DNA of 53,379 nucleotides, filler included, from Bipalium vagum (Eukaryota): NCBI GenBank assembly GCA_037834085.1. It is 3 parts of 3 records of this genome, joined end to end, with 100 filler letters (N's around TTAATTAATTAA, not from the genome) between each part and the next. Parts side by side here need not be neighbours in the genome. Positions count along the whole stretch, not along the records: positions 1 to 18,233 come from JBBMKC010035579.1; positions 18,334 to 36,471 come from JBBMKC010039469.1; 1 more part is not named here. One strand, 5' to 3'. Shown piece by piece: positions 13,073 to 22,797 of this stretch (position 1 is its first letter; each line of letters starts with the position of its first letter). The notes under the pieces were generated by a model. It saw only the letters and a program-made list of their open reading frames with translations, ran no database searches and was not told where the DNA came from. The position numbers and the translations under genes were made by a program.

Positions 13073-16000
13073 TAGTCTAAGATTTTTATTGAAAATTAAA
13101 TAAGTTTAATTTTCAGAATGCTTATGAATTTAATCTGTCCACCAATCTTCATTTAAAGATTCTTAAATTTATTTTTGGCATATTCGTGATTATATATATA
13201 ACTTTTGATTTATTTCAGGATGATACAAGGGAAGATATTAGTCCCTGTTTAGACAGAGCATGCGTTTTGGTGACATATGGAGATATTGACTATCCTATGC
13301 AACATCTTTTACAAACTCTGTCTTTAGCGTATACATTGTTTCATAATTGCCAAGTCAACGTAGCGTTGACTATTCAAATGTTCAGTCAATTATTTCACCT
13401 ACTCAATACATGGCTGTTCAATTCGGTTGTAGGAGATCCATCTAATTCTGCTGGTCGAGTTATCGAACCATTAAGGGTTTCTCCAGAATGGGGAGCTCGA
13501 TTATCTAGACGTCTATCTCGAATTAAAGATTGGAGTGAAAAGAACGGTTTAGATATGGCAGCGAATTGTCATTTACAAAAAATGTATCAAGTAAAGACAG
13601 AACTTTAAAATAGAAATATATACGTATAAAATTTATATTTTTTTAGGTAGCTGAATTGATGGAAGCTGATAAAAGAGACCTAAACGTGTTTGGGGAAAAA
13701 TGTCTTGAATTCATCAACTTAAACGGAACACAGCTTCATTTCTTGCTTGAAAATTGTGAAGACTATGAACTTCCAAACGCCTGGATTGAAGTGGTCGTTA
13801 ATACTGCTATTCAGGTAAATATATATTATATGTCATTTATATCGTATTGTAAATTGAACATTCAGTGGCGTGACCAGGCGTTTAGTGACAGACCATCTGA
13901 AGATAAGAATGAACTGCCTCTCTATGAGGACTTAGATTTAAGATTACCTTTGCTATTACCCGCAGATGGCTACTGCTGTGACAGAGGTATTCTAAGTTGT
14001 CCACAAGATTTGAAAAACATGTTAAATTCGTTAAATGGAATTTTATCATATAAATTAAATCCTCCAACAGTTCACCACGAGGATACGAGATGGAAAGCTT
14101 ATCTCGGACCATATGAAGTTTGTATTTTATAATATTTACAGACTCTTTGTAAAAATTAATTATTAAAATAAAATTACAAAATCTCCTATCTGTCGAGAAT
14201 GCATCTAAAGGATTCTGCAAATTTCCAAAAAAAATCTATCATAATTATGGTGAAACATTCTCTGTTATGCTTTAAAATCATTATATTAGGTTATAAAGAT
14301 ATAAGTGGCGACTTTCCGGCTCTGAGTCCTTCCATTACTGTCATTCCGAATAAATTCGGATATCATTTCTTTATTATTATAATTTTCAAATAATGCGGGT
14401 TGTTAAATGTTAAAAAATATCAAATTCAGATTAATAAAATTGTATTATGTTTCTCAATATCACAAACAAACTTGTTCGGATTGGGCTGACGGGAACCCTA
14501 TATATAAATGAAAACGGGGAGGATGTAAAATATAAATATGTATTGGGCAGATATTGATTAAAACAATTAAAATGGTGCTTCAGAATAAGAATTAGATCAT
14601 ATTCTACTAGTCCTGTTGTAAAATCTATAAAGTTAATATAATAAATTTTAAAGGAAACATTTTTTTATTTTAGACCAGAAAGTCAATAAATCTAAGCTAC
14701 ATTTTTTGTTTGACAAAATGATAACTTTTTTATTTTATTAAATAAATATACCACAAGCTCAATTAAGTGTTTTCTTTTACAAATTTATTTTTTAGAATAC
14801 ACCTTCAGTGTCAAGATCAGGTACCCTGATGGAACAATCGTCCCAAGTTTTAGCAAAGGAAAATTCACAAATAGGTCTACCTAGAAATATAATAAATATC
14901 GAAAGGCAGAGTAAGGGTTTTTCATTTTGAATTCGTGACAAATTTGGCAATTAAATATATAGATAAAGAATTCCCAGATTCTCGGCATTCCAGTGCCAGT
15001 GCTAAAAGACCGACAGAATTACCACTGGAAAATCATAGACCACAGTCAAATGATTTCAGTGACGATTCGGAAGACGGAGAAGTTTTCCAAAATGATTTGA
15101 AAAATCGATATACATTGAAATTGAAAAAGATTGATAATAGTTTGGGACTCAGCATTATAGCTGCCAGAGTAAATTTCGAAAAAAGAGATTTTGTATCATT
15201 AACCTATATAAAATGATTTTCAGAAATCGCAGAATGATATTTTCAGAATCTTCATAAAAGATGTAATACCCGGTGGAGCCGGATATAAAAGTGGCAAAAT
15301 AGAAACCGGTGATCAATTGGTGTCTGTAGATGGTATTTTGCTGGAAAATATTAATCAGGATGAGGCCGTGGAGTTTATGAAAAAAACCAAGTCAACAGTC
15401 AATTTATTAATGGAAAGGGGTGCCGCTCAAAAACATGGAGTCTTGGAAATTATTTTGAAATCAAAGAGTCTGAAAACGGCAGCACCACCAAATCAAAAGG
15501 TAATTTTATATCCAGCAAATAATGATTACAGAGATTGGAGAAATGATCAGAAATGTGCCCTTTCAAATTCCTCTATGAAGTTCATAGTAAAACCAATTAT
15601 CATCAGAATTCATGTGATACTTGGTTTTCACATGTGTAACTTGAGTTTAATTATAAATCAATAGATCTATTATTGAGCAAATCTTTTTCAAGTTGAATAC
15701 TTAGACATAGGCGGGGTTCACTCTATTGAATCACTGAATCATATAGAATGAAAGCTACCTCAAAGATTCAGCTTTTCATTATATGTACCTAATTAGCATT
15801 GTCTATCATATTGGTATGTTATATTTTCGAAAATTTTGCATGACCATTGTCACTATTACGGGGAATCAATTTTAGAGTTTTATTTATTTTTAGAATTTCT
15901 TTAAAGCTTATATGTATACTAAGTTATCGAAATATTGTTCTGATTTCCTCTTTCTGTTTTTCTGTTTTACGAATTTTGGGATCTCTTCTTGAAAAATTCT

Positions 16001-18073
16001 TTTATGTTAAACACAAAACATAAATATATCGTGTTTCAGGTAAACGTTTTTCTATAAAGAAAATCAAATTGACATATTTATATTCATGAAACATGTTTCA
16101 AAGTTGTTATCAGTTTTTCATCAATCAACAATAATATCTATTAGGTTGCTAAGTTAGAAATGCGCGTATTAACGAATAATATTTATTGTTGCATAAAGCA
16201 CCACACACATACATATATTATCTTTCATTTCATTAATTTCTAGTTGGAAAATAAGTTTATAAATGTGGAAGGCCAAAAATAAAAAATTCGGATTAATATT
16301 TTAAACAATGAAACTGCCACAGAATCATACCGAAAAATAAACTATATGTTTGATGGTATTGTGATTAGTAATAGTCAATGCATTAGATAGTTTCAACGCT
16401 TTAAACATGAAGATGTAGACTTGAAAGATTATCAGCATGGACGACGGTGAATCATGATCATGACTTTAAAAAGTCTTTGAGGTAGATCCTAGACAGACTA
16501 CTCAAGAACTTGCTAAAAGGTACAATTGCAGTCACGTGACCATAGTAAATAATTTATATTCAATTTGCAAAATAAATAGATGTGATAAATGGATCTCACA
16601 TCAACTTAGTCTTGAAAACGTGCACTTCTAATTTGACAACCTTAAATTATTTTAACAGCTTAATTAGTCAAATCAACTAAGTGTAAAATTGTTGATCGAT
16701 AAAAAACTGAAAAATATTTCGAAAAATGTTTCATAAAAATAAGTGTATAAATAATTTTTGTTTTAAATTCTTGAAAAGTGCATATTTGTTAAGATAATTA
16801 CATATATCAATAAATCACTGAAAGATTTAATATTTATTCATTAGTGTATTGTTTTTATATTTATTTATTTATTTATTTATATTTTCATTATATTAGTTTT
16901 TCATTATTGATTTAATTTTTTTATTTTCGTTAATAACAGTTATTTTAGGCGTGACTGAAATGATATAATTAAGTAAACGACAATCTTCTCTCTGTTTTAA
17001 TCTACGGTTTTGGAATGGTGTGATAAAATTATATATATGCTACTTGTAGAAGCAACCAAATTTGCCTAATAAAAATGTGAAAATACCCTCATCGAAACCT
17101 AGTGGCACTCAAATAAAAATTGCGTCAGGTAGACCAAGTTCGAGTAGCCTACAATCACCGAGATCGGTTAATCGGGAGAATTCTTCACCGAAGGAGCAAT
17201 TCTCTTTGGAAAATGGAGCCAAAAAAAGAGCTGAATATAATCTCCCTCCAGTTCCTGAATTTGGAAAGACTTCATCGAAAACACCTAGAACATCTGTCAA
17301 AAATCAGATAAAAGTAGCTAAATTTTAAAATATATAGAAAATCTATAATGGGAATGCATTCAGACCAAAATGGAAGATTCAGACTCTACGGATAAAGACT
17401 ACTATAGTCTACCAAATCGAAAAAACCGGTCTAACCAATTAGCAGCGCACAAAATACCCACTTATAGTACAATAGACAAAGTTAGATCTTCAAGGGATCT
17501 AGAGGACTTGACGAACAGTCGAGTTAAAAGTGAGTAAATTAGCTTTATCTGTCATTTCTCAATTTCTTTCATCAGATGAGAATGTAAAATTGAACCACTC
17601 GCATTCCCAACCTGACTTAATGTATAATGTTCCAATAATAAATAATGATCTATCGGATTCTTCTAACACTAGTTCAACAGAATCCACTCTTACGACATCG
17701 GGCGAAGAGGATTCCATTGAGAACAAGCCTCCAAATAACAAATTGAATATTTCTAACAAAAAGCCAACTTCACTTTATACAAAGTAAAACCCGATGGGTT
17801 TAAAGCTTCTTTTAATTGATTTTTAGAGCTCCTCAGGCTACATCAAATAATAAATTGATTCCTCAAAAACTTCCAGTGAAAGCTATGTCGGACAACAATA
17901 TTCTAATAAGTGGAAAGGAATCATCAAGATATGAGGAATCTTCAACTGGTAAACATGAAAATCGCAGGAATCCAATGTTGACCAGATCCGAAATTCTTCC
18001 GAATTCTGAGCCCATTATGGTAATCAAGTCAAATAATAATTCCGAAAGGATAAATCTTAAAACACCAGTTCAT
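866..18073 (+). CDS. AFDN: Afadin/AF-6/canoe homolog (multi-exon; 3' end unresolved)
   Basis: GT-AG exons: 866-967, 1044-1236, 1284-1399, 4277-4631, 4870-5059, 5112-5565, 7351-7587, 8882-9208, 9258-9491, 13219-13590, 13647-13814, 13866-14117, (uncertain small exons ~14198-14370), 14796-14910, 14963-15168, 15224-15499, 17050-17313, 17364-17529, 17576-17783, 17827-18073. Motifs: WNSNRLDLFEISEPNE-YLEFYGVMRFF (RA1), PPESSFTRTISNPDEVMKRRRQRKLE, GGTLKIYGDSINPDIPYKTLLL (RA2), IRPTHCHI...IQIGEAVLFKFED (FHA), FWLSNSSELLHLLQ and ALTIQMFSQLFH (Dilute), SLGLSIIAA...GDQLVSVDG (PDZ). Confidence 0.93.
3560..3965 (+). mobile_element. Degraded Penelope-like retroelement 3' end with minimal hammerhead motif
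   Basis: Degenerate peptide traces resembling HFNQP and LSVNGL (PLE C-terminus), followed by CTGACGA-A-GAAC...GTTC-GAAA-CATG-TT; related copies occur elsewhere in the window. Confidence 0.45.
3858..3892 (+). ncRNA. Minimal type I hammerhead ribozyme-like motif (degenerate stem I)
   Basis: CUGACGA core, 4-bp helix II (GAAC/GUUC), GAAA, palindromic CAUG loop, UU cleavage dinucleotide. Confidence 0.55.
4277..5565 (+). CDS. AFDN: Afadin exons 4-6 (RA2 region and start of FHA)
   Basis: ORFs 4292 and 5227 plus exon 4870-5059 join in frame across GT-AG introns. Confidence 0.9.
7351..7587 (+). CDS. AFDN: Afadin FHA-domain exon
   Basis: cag|GAT acceptor, GAG|gtt donor; HCHI...LVYINQQK...LEDEDIIQIGEAVLFKFED. 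Confidence 0.88.
8545..8650. repeat. AT-only minisatellite (~13-nt AATAAAAATTAAT unit)
   Basis: Imperfect tandem iterations are visible. Confidence 0.7.
8882..9491 (+). CDS. AFDN: Afadin exons leading into the Dilute region
   Basis: FRLSPAYMFYL and FWLSNSSELLHLLQCD motifs; 49-nt intron 9209-9257. Confidence 0.9.
9694..10745 (+). mobile_element. maT/DD37D-like Tc1/mariner transposon, frameshifted, right end missing
   Basis: TA|CAGGGTG TIR; HTH RRVAILESLSAGRTPAEIINFFGYPRSTVYDV; EKIFT; PPNSPDLNPMDYYVWSVLE; several frameshifts. Confidence 0.9.
12110..12800 (-). mobile_element. Mariner relic with internal deletion
   Basis: Minus strand reads CSPDLAPSHYYLFLSLKNFLNG and FYSDGIVNLRNK*; N-terminal HTH remnant near 12600-12740. 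Confidence 0.8.
13003..13070. repeat. (ATT)n microsatellite
   Basis: About 22 perfect ATT units. Confidence 0.95.
13219..14117 (+). CDS. AFDN: Afadin Dilute (DIL) domain exons
   Basis: VNVALTIQMFSQLFHLLNTWLFN, WSEKNGLDMAANCHL, EDLDLRLPLLLPADGYCCD motifs. Confidence 0.92.
14796..15499 (+). CDS. AFDN: Afadin PDZ-domain exons
   Basis: LKKIDNSLGLSIIAAR|KSQNDIFRIFIKDVIPGGAGYKSGKIETGDQLVSVDG. Confidence 0.9.
16141..16625 (+). mobile_element. Mariner 5' fragment
   Basis: TTAGGTTG terminus; RFKHEDVDLKDYQHGR, EVDPRQTTQELAKRYNCSHVTIV, KWISHQLS (WVPHEL-like). Confidence 0.8.
17050..18073 (+). CDS. AFDN: Afadin Ser/Pro-rich C-terminal exons
   Basis: Four exons joined in frame by 43-50 nt GT-AG introns; low-complexity S/P/N-rich peptide. 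Confidence 0.75.
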
Positions 18074-18201
18074 GTAAATCTTTTTTTATAGATTCTTTAC
18101 ATAAACAAGAAAAATTTAACTGACAAAATAACTTTAATTATTATTATTTATTAATTTAATTTTATCAATTTAAACTTCTTGCTACTCGATGGGATTTCGA
18201 A

Positions 18202-18233
<32 letters not shown>
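18202..18233. repeat. (ATT)n microsatellite at contig end
   Basis: Perfect ATT run ending at the N gap. Confidence 0.9.
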
Positions 18234-18333
18234 NNNNNNNNNNNNNNNNNNNNNNNNNNNNNNNNNNNNNNNNNNNNTTAATTAATTAANNNNNNNNNNN
18301 NNNNNNNNNNNNNNNNNNNNNNNNNNNNNNNNN
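18234..18333. other. Artificial scaffold spacer (44N + TTAATTAATTAA + 44N)
   Basis: 100 nt; the 12-mer puts stops in all six frames; identical to 36472-36571. Confidence 0.97.
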
Positions 18334-18454
18334 TCTCAGTGCATTTAATTAAAAGCGAACACAACCTAAAGCAACCTTCAACCGTTGAGACCTAAGATAC
18401 ATTTACGCTCAAAAACCTTTAACATCTTTTGTCCATCAACTTAGGATCTTAACA
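18334..18454 (-). repeat. LTR-like repeat end, inverted relative to 53245-53366
   Basis: Shares GCAACCTTCAACCGTTGAGACCTAAG and TCCATCAACTTAGGATCTTAACA with the reverse complement of the window end. Confidence 0.8.
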
Positions 18455-18899
18455 ATATTTATCATTTGTTTCATATTTGAAACTTGAAGTTATTTGAATT
18501 TTAAAACGTTCAAATATTTTAAAATATTGATTTCTGTTTCATCTAGATAACTGGTGACACTTTTCCTTTATATTTTTCGAAAGTAATTCAGTTTTGGATT
18601 TTAAGAACAATTTTATTTTATAATTATGTTTAAATTTACAAAAATGGTATCCCTTTTCTTTATGAGTTTTACTTTGATTAAAATATTTTGCAGAATTATT
18701 TGGTATTTATTAAATAAATTTCCTACATGTTTTTCATTTTGATTTTCACAAGTTAAATGTGATAATAAGACGTTTGTGTTTTAAATTTAATATCCCAAAT
18801 TTTACAATTACATTTTTCAATTGTTATTTAAAATTCTGTTACATAATATTATAGTATATATTATAATATATATTATTACCCCCTACTTTGCGAGATCTA

Positions 18900-19500
18900 T
18901 AGGAAATATGTACTATCTCAGGTTATCTGTGAACATTGATTTAAGCGCTTCAAAAATGATACTTTCAGTGTGAAAGACAATTAATTAATAATTACAAGCT
19001 CTGTTGGATAAAGATGCATGTCAAACACATAATACAACTTGTAATGTAATTAAATGTTTCCTGGCAAGCAGTTTCTGATCGTTTAAATGCAATGGGCAAT
19101 ATTTAAAAAGACGGAATTTGGGTGTGACATAAATTTGACAAAAAAAATCTTTTTCACATTAAACTGTGACAGGAGATGTGAAGTAAATTTAATATCAGAA
19201 TAAATAATATCACAAATTATTAGTTTATTTGGGTCAAGATTCATCATAGTCTGCAAGGCAAAATCGTTTTTGAAAGAAATAAATGATCTAGATTTGGTGG
19301 AATTAAAAGGTGTTGCCTATTATGTCTGATTACATTCAGAATGAGTCAAAAGTAGTGAGGTAATTTTGCTCTATAACAACGCATCGTCACATATTCAAAA
19401 AGAGCCAAAACCATTTTTAATAGATCTAGCTTGGGAATTACTTACCAATTCGCTATATTGACCAGATTTTGCTCCCTCTGATTTCCGTATTTTGGTCGAT
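18900..19500 (+). mobile_element. Highly decayed mariner fragment
   Basis: IKL*QEM (TGDE-like region), LLYNNASSH, LAWELLTNSLY*PDFAPSDF. Confidence 0.75.
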
Positions 19501-19733
19501 GACTATGGATATCTAATTATAATTCTATTTATATTTGAAATAAATATAAAACTTTTCAAATGAATTATAAAACTAATTTCGTCGTTGTTACAACCTACCA
19601 ATTTATCATTATTTTAAATTTTATTTCATTTCCTATTTCTACAATTATAAAATAAAACGTTAACATTTTCAATAATTCTGTATCATTTTTTAATTTGGAA
19701 AAATACTAAATTAGATTTTACTTTGAAAACTAG

Positions 19734-19977
19734 AAGACCACTCCCAAAAAAGCTGACGACTGGAGATATATTATTTAATAGGGATGAGATAAATGGCTAC
19801 GTTGCAGGTGTGAAAATTTTAATTTTTATATAACTTTTTTGCTGTTTTAAAATTTGTTATTAATCTGTTAATTGTTTCATTGATGTATATTCTGATGTAA
19901 ATGTGAGGAAAATCCCAGGCCCAGTTCCCCATTCGTCAGCTCAATCCAATTTCAAATCCAGTTCAAATACAAAATAA
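19734..19977 (+). CDS. Possible terminal exon(s) of afadin beyond the gap
   Basis: tag| acceptor at 19733, GC-elevated open stretches and a GCAG|gtgtga donor; frame and linkage across the gap unresolved. Confidence 0.3.
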
Positions 19978-20899
19978 CAATATTTTAAACTTTTTGATAA
20001 CAAACTTTGGTGTTTAGTTTTGTGTTTTCATTTTTTATTATTTGAAAATATAATTTTTTTTCTTGTGTAAAAGTTAAAGCCCGGATTAAATTTTTTGTTC
20101 TTCTTTCGTAATTAGAGGCAAAAAATAATTTAAAAATTAAAATAACTATATTAAAACAAAAAAATATAATAAAATAATTATAATAATTAATGAATAATAA
20201 TAAAAACTTGGTTTAAAAATTTAGTAGTAACAAAAAGTTACAAAATAAATAAGGTTAAAATCTTTATTATAAATTACTAAATATCGGATTCTATAATAAT
20301 ATTTTATATTAAATTTTATAAACATAAAATTTATAAAACATAAAGTTACTATTATTAAAAATTAAATAATATAAAATAATAAAAATAAGCAAATTGATTA
20401 TAAAACAACCACAACGAAATAATTTACAAAATAAGGTGCAAAAACATTATATTGTGGAACGCCAGCAGAAACATTAAAAGGTCAAGAGAATTAACAATCA
20501 ACCAGTATATTCTTCAACGTAATAGAACTTAATACCAGCAGTCTACCCGCTGATTTAGAAAAAAATAACACGTTCTCTCTTAAATTCAATAACCAATTTC
20601 AATCCTAAAAAATGAGGAAAAGAAAAGGACCAGCCGATATTCAGTTGCGTATCATCCAAAGAAGAAAAAATTTAATATTAAGTAAATTTTAGTTGTTAAA
20701 ATAAAATCTTAGGGGATTTGACTACAGATCCCACTAACTAAATAATTCATAATAATTTTTGGGGTTTCACATTAATATTAGGTAAACCGATTTTACAATA
20801 ATTTAAATATTTTAACTATATTTCGATTCGTAATTATCAGTGAAAAGTTAAATGATTTTAATTAAATTAATTAAATACCAAAGGTTGGACAGCTACTCC

Positions 20900-21224
20900 A
20901 GCACTTTAGGAACAAATAAATTTTTAATTTTTTCTACTGATTTCCCAGTATCCTCTTTTTTTGCGTTCTTCACGTCTAGTAACACGGAGAACTGATGTTT
21001 TTTCTCAGGACCCTTGAGAGTAGGATAGCGAAAGGTGATCTGACTTTTTTATCGATTACAGTTTGCGATTTTCGATTTTTTATTGTCACTCGAAATTAAA
21101 CTGTGCTCATACGCGCACTAAAACCTTCTGAGTTATAAATAGTTTATATTAAGTTGCTCGAAAGTCCAACATCGATCTTTTTAATCAAACTCTTTTTAAA
21201 TACACGTTTTCAACAATCTTAACA
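20900..21224 (-). repeat. LTR-like element copy (TGTTAAGA start on minus strand)
   Basis: Minus strand begins TGTTAAGA; TTCTCCGTGTTACTAGACGTGAAGAACGCAAAAA aligns with 21711-21744. Confidence 0.5.
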
Positions 21225-21294
21225 TGGATTATCCGTTTTGGATTACTTTTTAAATCTTTAACTTATATAATAATTCTATTATTATTATTTTTAA

Positions 21295-21790
21295 TGTTAA
21301 ATTCTAAGATAAGCGGTTGAATTTAAGTAGTGTTAAAAACTCTAAATTGCTTATCCAAACTTAACGTGGCTCGTTTATTATCAGAAGGGTTTAGTGAGTG
21401 TAACGTTCGATTTATGTGAAAGGTTGCGTTTATGTATGTTCACTTTTAAATCGACTGGGTAACTGTGCTTTTGCATGTGGATAAAATGAAACAACTAAAA
21501 AGACGATATTACTAAGTCAAATCAAAACGATTCAATATGAATTTAATACTTTTATTTAATTACGAATCAAAAATATATTTCACAACTTTGTTGAACCTCA
21601 AATTAAAATAATGTTATTATTAATGACAAGTCTAAGTCATGACAATTTTAAGTTTTTAGTTATACTCTTTGCAATCCTACCTTAAAGAGTTCTCAACATA
21701 AACAAGCGCTTCTCCGTCCTACTTGACGTAGAGAAAGCAAAAAGATTACCCAAGAAAAACAAAAAAATTTATTTTGATGTTGGAATAACA
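21295..21790 (+). repeat. Candidate solo LTR (~496 bp)
   Basis: TGTTA...TAACA inverted termini; internal motifs shared with 20900-21224, 18334-18454 and 53245+. No clear target-site duplication. Confidence 0.55.
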
Positions 21791-21919
21791 ATTTGAGATC
21801 TATTCAATTGTTTTATTCCGTATAAGATTTTAAAGAGTAAAACAATAGTCAATTTAAAAATCAAATTGAAATTGTTTTTAAGATTAAAATAAAATATAAT
21901 TACTCATAATTACTATAAT

Positions 21920-22310
21920 TGTTGCAGAGAATGGCGATATTTCTGGATCGAAATATACCTTTTGAATCCTTGGCAGTTTGATTAGTTAATTTGTTTTCCG
22001 TCGTACTTTGACTACGTTGAGATTCGAATTTCTTCTGTAACTGATTATCTTGGATGCCGGATTGTACTGTTGATTAGCTTTTCTGTGTCCTTTACTGTTG
22101 GATATCAAATTGTTTCTCCTGATTTAATTTTTTTATGTTGTTTCTGATCTGCTTTTTCTGTCCACCTTTTCTTTCTTTTTTCTCTTGGGTTATTCACTGG
22201 TTTTATACTAGTTATAGTTTCCTTTTCAGTCTGTGAATCTGATTAGTTGTCGTATTGTTTGATATGAGAATAATGCTGGAATCCGGTTGTTGACGTTTAT
22301 TTCCGTATTA
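21920..22310 (-). pseudogene. Decayed Gypsy-like integrase C-terminal relic
   Basis: Minus-strand traces TSTTGF, ADQKQHKKIKSGETI, DGKQIN*SNCQGFKRY resemble the post-integrase region of Ty3/Gypsy pol; many stops. Confidence 0.35.
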
Positions 22311-22609
22311 TGTGATAAAACTAAAAGCGTTTTTATGTTACACTATTTTTTCTCATTTTTTCATTGCAGATCCACTAATTTATATTACATTATTCTTTTT
22401 TATAATTATTTTTAGTAATATTAACTTACTAATTTTAATTTTTTTAAATATATATTTTTTACTATTTATTTAATTACAGATTGCTAATTTTATTTTTAGT
22501 AATCATTTTTACTGTCTTTTCTAAAATTAGAATATTATATATTTTTATTTATTTTATAATTTCAGGACTTCTCAGTAATCATTTATACATATATTTACAA
22601 AATATTCGC

Positions 22610-22797
22610 ATCATTCAAAAGATCATTACAAAATAAATTCACAAAAAATGTTTAAAAAGACAAATATATCTTTTCAATATTTTCGTACCATGCAAAAGAT
22701 CATAAATTCACGAAAATGTTCATACCATACAAAAGATCATAAATTCACGAAAATGTTCATACCATGCAAAAGATCACAAATTCACAAAAAATGTTTT
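22610..22797. repeat. 37-bp tandem repeat (about 3 copies plus a degenerate one)
   Basis: CAAAAGATCATAAATTCACGAAAATGTTCATACCAT(A/G) repeated. Confidence 0.9.

Noticed and set aside
13882-14220. Antisense ORFs over afadin, ITFG2 and env (also 17109, 17559, 27947, 28326, 28409, 52998, 53035)
   Set aside because: Shadow frames of real coding sequence with no recognisable motifs.
18278-18289. Palindromic TTAATTAATTAA as a biological motif
   Set aside because: Embedded symmetrically in N runs twice; a synthetic linker.
22610-22797. CRISPR-like array / ORF 22648-22869
   Set aside because: Head-to-tail units without unique spacers, eukaryotic context, no cas genes; the ORF arises from the repeat.
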